Positions 57,510 to 64,000 of a DNA stretch of 64,000 bases are shown here, piece after piece. The notes under the pieces are model-generated. The model made no database searches, was not told the origin of the DNA, and saw only the letters and a list, made by a program, of their open reading frames with translations. Positions within the stretch are counted from its first letter, which is position 1; the number at the start of each line of letters is the position of its first letter. The DNA lies in assembly GCA_965116875.1 (NCBI GenBank), contig OZ220733.1:5024001-5088000 (forward strand), given 5' to 3'. Origin of the DNA: Candidatus Latescibacterota bacterium (lineage in GTDB: Bacteria; Latescibacterota; UBA2968; GCA-2709665). The translations under genes and the position numbers were made by a program.

Positions 57510-59153
57510 GTGCACGAAATCGATTTTCTCGGGGACCTCATAATCATACTGGGTTCGGCGGTCCTGGTGGCAACGGTACTGCGCCGCGCGGGCATCCCGT
57601 CGATCGCCGGTTTGATTCTTGCCGGTATGCTGGCGGGACCCACGGCACTCGGTCTGGTGGACGACACGTACCAGGTGGAGATGATGGCCGAGGTCGGAAT
57701 CGTCCTGCTGCTCTTCGGGATCGGCCTGGAACTCTCGCTCAGCCATATGCGGCGCATGTGGAACGCCATCCTGCTGGGAGGCGGTATCCAGGTGGCCGTC
57801 ACGATCCTCTGCACCGCTCTGGCGGCGGGCTGGTTTGGCATGACGCCAGGGCCTGCCGTGTTTCTGGGTTTCATCGTAGCGGTCTCCAGCACGGCCATTG
57901 TACTGCGAGGACTTTCGAGCCGCGGTGAACTGGACGCGCCGCACGGACGGCTTGCCGTGGGGATCCTCATCTTCCAGGACCTGTGTGTGGTTCCGATGAT
58001 CCTGGCCGTGCCGTTTCTGGCAGGTCAGGATGGTACCACGTGGGAAATCGCGGCCGTAGCCGCCACGGGTCTCGCCATTCTGGCCGGCGTGCTTGTTGCA
58101 GCCAATCGAATTGTGCCCTACATACTCGCATTTGTTGCCAGATCGCGCGAGAGAGAGTTGTTCGTACTCACGGTGTTTCTCGTGTGCTTCGGCATTGCGT
58201 GGATTCTGTCCATGGCGGGTATATCGCTCGCGCTCGGGGCGTTCCTTGCGGGTCTGGTCGTCGCGGGCAGCGAGTTTCGTCACCAGGCGATGTCAGACCT
58301 GATACCCGTGCGCGAAGCCTTCGCCAGCCTCTTTTTCGTATCCGTGGGCATGCTGCTGGATATTTCTGAGGTGTTCGCGCACCTGCTTCCGACGCTCGGG
58401 CTCTGCGCGATCATTCTCGCGGGAAAGTTCGTCATCGTACTCGGGATGGGCCTGATCCTCCGGCTACCACTCCGCGTCGCAATCCTTTCCGCGGCAACGC
58501 TGTGTCAGATCGGCGAGTTCTCGTTCGTACTCCTGAATGCGGCCTCGGGGACCGGCCTCCTGGACGCCGCATTGTCTGATAACCTCCTGCTCGCGATCAT
58601 CCTGTCCATGTTGCTCACACCCATCGCCATCGCCCTCGCCCCTCACCTGGCGCTTGGCGTCACCCGCATTCCGTGGCTCAACCGGATCCTGGACGCCGAG
58701 CCCCCCGGGATCGATACGCACGAACCGCACAACGACCACGTTATCGTCGCCGGATACGGCCGGGCGGGCCGGGAGGTCTGCCACGCGGCCCGGGACGCGG
58801 GGTTCGCCTGCGTCGCGGTTGACGTCAACGTGGACAACGTCCGCCGGGCGCATGCCGCAGGAGACCTGGCGGTGTACGGCGACGTTACCCAGCGGGAAGT
58901 CCTGGAAGAACTCGGGTGCAAGGATGCCCGTCTGGTTGTGGTGACGATTAACGACACCCGCGCAACCGAGATTGCCGTCCGCGCGATTCGCCGCGTGGCC
59001 CCGGACACCCCCGTCATCGCCCGTACCCTGTACGATATGGACGAGAGCTCACTCCGTGCCGCAGGCGCCACACGTGTCATCACGGCCGAAGCAACCACCA
59101 GCCACGTCGTGGTCGACACCTGCCTCGAGGAACTGGGAGGGGAAGACGGGTAG
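57510..59153 (+). CDS. CPA2 cation:proton antiporter with TrkA-N (KefB/KefC/YbaL-like)
   Basis: AEVGIVLLLFGIGLELS, SSTAIV, ILIFQD, LGAFLAG, QIGEFSFVL, HVIVAGYGRAG. Confidence 0.93.
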   Translation: MHEIDFLGDLIIILGSAVLVATVLRRAGIPSIAGLILAGMLAGPTALGLVDDTYQVEMMAEVGIVLLLFGIGLELSLSHMRRMWNAILLGGGIQVAVTILCTALAAGWFGMTPGPAVFLGFIVAVSSTAIVLRGLSSRGELDAPHGRLAVGILIFQDLCVVPMILAVPFLAGQDGTTWEIAAVAATGLAILAGVLVAANRIVPYILAFVARSRERELFVLTVFLVCFGIAWILSMAGISLALGAFLAGLVVAGSEFRHQAMSDLIPVREAFASLFFVSVGMLLDISEVFAHLLPTLGLCAIILAGKFVIVLGMGLILRLPLRVAILSAATLCQIGEFSFVLLNAASGTGLLDAALSDNLLLAIILSMLLTPIAIALAPHLALGVTRIPWLNRILDAEPPGIDTHEPHNDHVIVAGYGRAGREVCHAARDAGFACVAVDVNVDNVRRAHAAGDLAVYGDVTQREVLEELGCKDARLVVVTINDTRATEIAVRAIRRVAPDTPVIARTLYDMDESSLRAAGATRVITAEATTSHVVVDTCLEELGGEDG

Positions 59154-59423
59154 AGGTGGAGATAGCTTATCCAGATGATACTCCCGCACCGAGAGACTCT
59201 CAGGGAGAAAGCCAAAGGAGACTTCACCGGGAACGAGACCGGCAGGGTCCGTTTGGTCTTCTTACCTCTCGCCTCTTGCGCCTGACGGATTTTATTGGAG
59301 CGAGGGCCCGGAAGCCGGGTCTCACTCATAAAAGACTCCCGGATTGTCTCCAACCATAAACCTACTGACCAATCACAGGAAGCACCCTATAGTTTACAGA
59401 TTTGTACACCGTTGGCACGGAAT

Positions 59424-59551
59424 CCTGAGCCGCTCCCTGAGCTTGCGGTCCCTGAGCCTGTCGAAGGGTCGAAGGGTCGGCGAAAGGTCAGAAAGGCACC
59501 GAAACGCGGGTGCTTCGAGATTTCGACAAGCTCAATCCAGGCGAGCTCAGC
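59424..59551. repeat. REP-like nested palindromic element
   Basis: Three CCTGAGC starts, CTGAGCCTGTCGAAGGG, and the complementary TTCGACAAGCTCA at 59522-59534. Confidence 0.7.
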
Positions 59552-59702
59552 GTCCACGCTTGGGGTTGTTTCCTCCCCTATTGTAGCAGGAACTATAGAT
59601 GTCAGCAATTCGCTGCGCCTGGCAAGAATAAACCCGATGACAATACGCATTGGGAGCTTTTTTCATTGACCATCGGGTCGAAAGTGTTGCAATATGCACG
59701 AC

Positions 59703-59725
59703 AACTGTCGCAAAATGCGACAGTT
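59703..59725. promoter_or_regulatory. perfect palindromic operator-like site
   Basis: AACTGTCGCA-AAA-TGCGACAGTT, ~90 bp upstream of the ATG at 59818. Confidence 0.5.
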
Positions 59726-59817
59726 ACACTAACGACTTGATGGACTACGAATCTTGAATCATACGTATTCTCGTAGCGCCAATTCGTTAATCATGGATTC
59801 AGGAAACAGAGATTCCA

Positions 59818-60582
59818 ATGAACGACCCCCATGTCGTCGCTCTATTCTACAATATTGAGCATGGAAACACGGTGAACTACGACGAAGCCAACCCGCTTGT
59901 TGTGGAAGAAAGCGCATTTCGTCTTGAAGTGGCGGACAAAAAAGCGTCGTTTTTCCTGAAAGATCATCACGCGCAGGAAGACGAAGCCCTTGGATCCATT
60001 GAGGAATATATTCGAACTTGGGAGTTTGATGCTTGCTTGAACGGCGGGCCTGATTACTTCAAGTTGAACTTCGAACGAGCCGAGATTGTGGACCGGAATC
60101 CTCAACCGAGTGTGCCTGGAATTGTAGAACCATCGCCAGTGACATTCCGACCGGCATCCGCGTCGGTTGCTGTTTCCAAAGTCGTTAGTAGGTACCCATC
60201 ACCACCAAATAATGTCGTTCTGAATCCCGACGTACAGACGATGTTTGATCGTTTTATGGGGTATCGCAGAGGGCACGAGCCGATAACTGGGATGGCATAT
60301 TTCTGCCATACTTTCATTATGCATATGGGAAAGGGATCCGCAGCTGAACATTTCCAGATTAGCAAGAAAGTGCTTAAAAGGATCCGGAAACTTTCTTCAA
60401 AAAAGGGTGGTCCAAGTGGAGCCAGAAAGCACAATGGAATCGCGGAGGATTTGACGACGGAAGAACGACAATTTCTGGACGAGGCTATCCGAACGATCAT
60501 CCACCGAGTCGCGGAGAAGGCTAGAACACCGGAGATACGCCTGACGCAGATCACGTTATCAGATTTGCAGCAATCTCAGTAG
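59818..60582 (+). CDS. hypothetical protein (254 aa, visibly lower GC than neighbours)
   Basis: Long ORF with AGGA upstream. No family motif recognised. Confidence 0.75.
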   Translation: MNDPHVVALFYNIEHGNTVNYDEANPLVVEESAFRLEVADKKASFFLKDHHAQEDEALGSIEEYIRTWEFDACLNGGPDYFKLNFERAEIVDRNPQPSVPGIVEPSPVTFRPASASVAVSKVVSRYPSPPNNVVLNPDVQTMFDRFMGYRRGHEPITGMAYFCHTFIMHMGKGSAAEHFQISKKVLKRIRKLSSKKGGPSGARKHNGIAEDLTTEERQFLDEAIRTIIHRVAEKARTPEIRLTQITLSDLQQSQ

Positions 60583-60776
60583 TTCGTCTTGGCTTTGTTC
60601 GGAAACTCTCCCTAATTTTCCCGGTGACTCTGTGTTGAAATTATCAACCAAACGGGAATGCAAAGTTGTTCACCCGGCGTGGCGACGTTGGTTCTGCGTT
60701 CGTGAAACGTGTTGTTAGTTTTCTGGTGCGTTATTGGAGTAACCACAAATAGTGTTATTGACAAAACAGGTGAAGA

Positions 60777-61862
60777 ATGAGGCGCAATTTGAAACTCGAT
60801 GTGTTGCCGCACGACGCACGGAAACCGGAAAGATCGCCCGCCGTGCGTCAATCCTGGCTTTTTTATTGGATCCGATGGACGGTCGGCTTGTTGCTGGTCC
60901 TGATGATCGCCCTGCCGACAATGGCGGCAGATCAAGTTCGGAACCTGAAGTTCGGGTCAACGGCGTGGCCGCCGTTCACCAACGCGCCGGGGCAGCCGCG
61001 GTTCGCTTTGGATCTGGTTGAAGCGGCACTGGAACGCATCGGGTTCGCTGCCGAAACGGTCATCGTGGACGAGGCCAGGCTGACGCCCTCACTGCTGGGC
61101 GGCGAATTCGACGGAAGCGCGGCTGTGTGGAAGGACGTTGAGCGCGAGCGCGTGCTGATTTATTCGGAGCCGTATCTTGAAAACCGCCTGATTCTCGTTG
61201 GGCGGCAGGGCAGCGACGTGTCCGCGGCCTCTCTATCCGACCTCGCCGGCAAGCGGATCGCCCTGGTCGCCGGGTACGCGTATGGCGAGGCAGCGAAAGC
61301 GAAGGACGGCCCGATCATTGTTGGCTCGACCAGTGAAGAAAACAGCGTCGCAAAACTCCTCGACGGTGACGTGGACTACACGCTGATGGACGAACTTGTC
61401 ATCCAGTACATCGTAAGCAACCACGGGGAAGCAGCTCGAACGCGGCTGGCATTCGGCTCGGTGCCCCTGATCACACGATCGCTTCATGTCGCCGTGCGCC
61501 GGTCGCTACCGGATGCCGAGTCGATCGTCTCCCGGTTCAACGACGAGTTGCGCGGCATGATCGCTGACCGCAGCTACCATCGCCTGCTCCATCTTGATTG
61601 GATTCGCGCGGACGTGGACGGCGACGGTCTTATGGAGCACGTGCCTCGCCGCGACCAGGCCGCCCCACGCGCGCCGGAGCGTTCTTACGACCTGTTCACG
61701 TCGGGCGGTCCTGCCAAAGCGCCCGGCGCAACGCGGCGTTTCTACTTCGCTGGAAATATCTACGAAGGCTGGGCCAGCGTGCCTGGCAAGTTCAAGACCC
61801 TGGACTATGCCAGAGCCGAACCGGGGAGGCTCAAGGTCGATATCTTCACGTTCAAATTTTAG
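60777..61862 (+). CDS. ABC-type substrate-binding protein (family 3) with C-terminal extension
   Basis: Signal-like TM, AWPPF, GSAAVWKDVERE, YSEPYLEN, IALVAGYAYG, KLL.G.VD. Start uncertain. Confidence 0.8.
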   Translation: MRRNLKLDVLPHDARKPERSPAVRQSWLFYWIRWTVGLLLVLMIALPTMAADQVRNLKFGSTAWPPFTNAPGQPRFALDLVEAALERIGFAAETVIVDEARLTPSLLGGEFDGSAAVWKDVERERVLIYSEPYLENRLILVGRQGSDVSAASLSDLAGKRIALVAGYAYGEAAKAKDGPIIVGSTSEENSVAKLLDGDVDYTLMDELVIQYIVSNHGEAARTRLAFGSVPLITRSLHVAVRRSLPDAESIVSRFNDELRGMIADRSYHRLLHLDWIRADVDGDGLMEHVPRRDQAAPRAPERSYDLFTSGGPAKAPGATRRFYFAGNIYEGWASVPGKFKTLDYARAEPGRLKVDIFTFKF

Positions 61863-61941
61863 CGGGAGATGGATCCGAGCCCGTATCGCGAGAATGGGAA
61901 AACGAGGGATGTTCGGAATACCGGTTTGATCCGTCCCTCTT

Positions 61942-63999
61942 TCATTCATCTCGCAACGCGTCGATCGGATTGGATTGAGCTGCGCGGATTGCCTGAATAC
62001 TCACGGTCACGAATGCAATGATTAGAGCCAGTGTCGCGCTCACGACAAACGGCACGACGTTTAGGGAAATCCGATAGGCGAATCCGGATAGCCAGTCGCT
62101 CATCAGATAGTAGGCAATTGGCCAGGCGACGACGCTGGCAAGAAGAACGAGCAACAGGAATTCACGCGAGACCAGCATCACCAAATGTGATGAGGATGCG
62201 CCAAGTACCTTACGGACGCCGAGTTCCTTGGTGCGAGACTGGACCACAAACGCCGAGAGTCCGAATAGGCCCAGACACGCCACGAAGATTGCCAGCAACG
62301 AAAACACGCCGAGCATTCTTCCGGTGCGTCTCTCGCTGTGGTAGATCCACTCCATGAATTCGTCCATGAAGTAATATTTGAACGGCTCCTCCGGCACGAA
62401 GCGATGCCACTGCGCTTCTAGAAAAGCCAGGGTCTGCACGGTCCCTTCCGGTCGGATGCGTAGGTAAAGGGAATGGAAAAACTCCCAACGGGCTATATAA
62501 CCCAGGGGCTCTATTTCTTCTCTCAGTGACAAGCTGTGGTAGTCTTTCACAACGCCAATTATCGTTACAGCCTTGTTCTTGAAGGCAGGCGACTCGATCT
62601 GTCTGCCAATCGGATCATCTTCCCAGCCCAGCAGGCGCACGGCTGTCTCGTTCAGGATCATCGCTTCCGATGTATCACTTGCTACGTCGGGTGAGAATGC
62701 GCGACCACGGAGCACGGTGACTTCGAAAGTCTTAAAGAATGAATCATCAACTTCGTTGACACGAATCGTCTGCTCTCTTGTCCGGTCCCCGTCGGGCCAG
62801 ATCAAGCGCGGCCTACCACCGTATCCCTTAATTCTGTACCGCGCCGACGACGCGCTCAGCACATTGGGGTGTTCAAGAAATACCTGCTTCACCACCTGGT
62901 GCCGTGCCGACAGACGTTTTTTCGGATTCGGTTCCGCGAGAACATCATGATCGAAAATGGGTAAACTGACAATATGATCGCGTGTAAATCCCATATCTTT
63001 TGTGTCAATAAATCGCAATTGCTGATAAACGACAAGGGTGCAGATGACCAGCAATATGGACATGCCAAACTGAAAAACCACGAGTCCCTTCTTCAGCCAC
63101 GCCGTGCCCCACAACGAGAACGCGCCGCCTTTCAATGCGGTCACCGGACGTAAGGAGGAGAGGAATAACGCCGGATACGTCCCGGCGGAGAGTCCGGCCA
63201 AGATCGTCAATGCAATAACTGCCGGCGCACATGCCGACATAATTGCCACATCGATGTACAGATCGCTCTGCGCGAATTGGTTGAATAGAGGCAGGGATAT
63301 ATCTGCGAGCGCCAGGGCAATCAACAGCGCGATGCCGGTCAAGAGCAGAGATTCGCCCAAAAACTGGACCATCAGTTGCGGGCTGTGGGCCCCGACCATT
63401 TTTCGCACACCGACTTCGCGCTTTCGGGTGACAGCCCTTGCAGTCGCCAGATTGGTAAAATTCACGCACGCGATCACGACCACGATCATTCCGATGGTCG
63501 CGAGTATGTATATCCGTTGGATACGGCCGCCGGCCGCAGGATTGAAATCGGATTCCCCATACAGGTACATGCGGTGAATCGGCTGGAGATGAAACGCTGA
63601 ATTTGCCGCAACTTCATCCCCCATAAACCGCTCGATAAGCGTCTGCATTTTTGTTTGCAGGGTTTCGGGGTCATGTCCTGCCTTGAGTAGTACAAAAGTC
63701 TTCACCGGCCGCCAGGAGAGCATTGGCTGCCACATTGTCCACTTATCTCGCACTTCCGCGACTGGCGTTACCGTCGTAGAGAGGATCTGAAAATATAGTT
63801 CTGACGAGAGATGCGGCTCCTTTACGATTCCGGCAACCGTGAATTCGCCGGGGAACACGGTGCTTTCGATTGAGAAAGAACGGTCCATCGGGTCATCGTC
63901 GCCAAACAGGTGGTGCGCCAAGTCGTCGGTAATGACCACCGAATTGGGTGTATGAAATGCGATCTCCGGATCGCCTCGTATAAAGTCGAAATCAAAGAC
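61942..63999 (-). CDS. ABC transporter permease (MacB-PCD/FtsX, duplicated), 5'-truncated by window edge
   Basis: ACVNFTNLATARA..R.REVGVRK..GA, LVVFQF, IIGVVKDYH, RTKELGVRKVLGA, AAQSNPIDALRDE. Frame is open to the window end. Confidence 0.93.
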   Translation of the reverse strand, partial: VFDFDFIRGDPEIAFHTPNSVVITDDLAHHLFGDDDPMDRSFSIESTVFPGEFTVAGIVKEPHLSSELYFQILSTTVTPVAEVRDKWTMWQPMLSWRPVKTFVLLKAGHDPETLQTKMQTLIERFMGDEVAANSAFHLQPIHRMYLYGESDFNPAAGGRIQRIYILATIGMIVVVIACVNFTNLATARAVTRKREVGVRKMVGAHSPQLMVQFLGESLLLTGIALLIALALADISLPLFNQFAQSDLYIDVAIMSACAPAVIALTILAGLSAGTYPALFLSSLRPVTALKGGAFSLWGTAWLKKGLVVFQFGMSILLVICTLVVYQQLRFIDTKDMGFTRDHIVSLPIFDHDVLAEPNPKKRLSARHQVVKQVFLEHPNVLSASSARYRIKGYGGRPRLIWPDGDRTREQTIRVNEVDDSFFKTFEVTVLRGRAFSPDVASDTSEAMILNETAVRLLGWEDDPIGRQIESPAFKNKAVTIIGVVKDYHSLSLREEIEPLGYIARWEFFHSLYLRIRPEGTVQTLAFLEAQWHRFVPEEPFKYYFMDEFMEWIYHSERRTGRMLGVFSLLAIFVACLGLFGLSAFVVQSRTKELGVRKVLGASSSHLVMLVSREFLLLVLLASVVAWPIAYYLMSDWLSGFAYRISLNVVPFVVSATLALIIAFVTVSIQAIRAAQSNPIDALRDE

Positions 64000-64000
64000 C

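Noticed and set aside
59413-59428. sigma-54 promoter TGGCACGGAATCCTG
   Set aside because: No GC at the -12 position.

Overview
A high-GC bacterial chromosomal window from a diderm organism. Two Omp85/BamA-type genes, a group-II GGGP-synthase gene and WD40/dockerin-like secreted repeats suggest an FCB-related lineage such as Latescibacterota or Gemmatimonadota; this is inference only. Layout: (i) 1-11.5 kb, catabolic genes (AAC(3)-like, HpcH aldolase, DapA-like, LarA-like, two tandem amidohydrolases, 2-phosphoglycerate-kinase-like, M24 peptidase, Gfo/Idh/MocA, beta-helix). (ii) 11.5-19 kb, an accessory hotspot with REP-like hairpins, two IS21-like ends, a Cys-rich microgene and an orphan Rpn C-terminal module. 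It also holds an integrase-less ~5 kb islet bounded by a 100-bp duplication of the 3' end of an Ldh-2 gene. The islet carries one 1462-aa secreted zincin/WD40/Ig/dockerin-like gene behind a complete sigma-54 promoter (palindromic UAS, IHF site, -24/-12). (iii) 20-35 kb, two sigma-54 activators in an apparent cascade, LutB/LutC, and a sigma-54-driven Omp85-DUF4390-NtrY/NtrX-like-Omp85 operon. (iv) 35-54 kb, core genes on the minus strand (ahcY, metK, ptsI, ptsH, GGGPS, alaS, recX, recA, thpR, pgpA, pgsA, recR, ybaB, dnaX, large SRP RNA, three tRNAs, tadA). (v) 54-64 kb, tRNA-Asn followed by mixed accessory genes. Three MITEs are present. No cas genes, integrase or intact transposase were seen. 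The best candidate for an undescribed system is the sigma-54 cascade together with the integrase-less WD40 islet.
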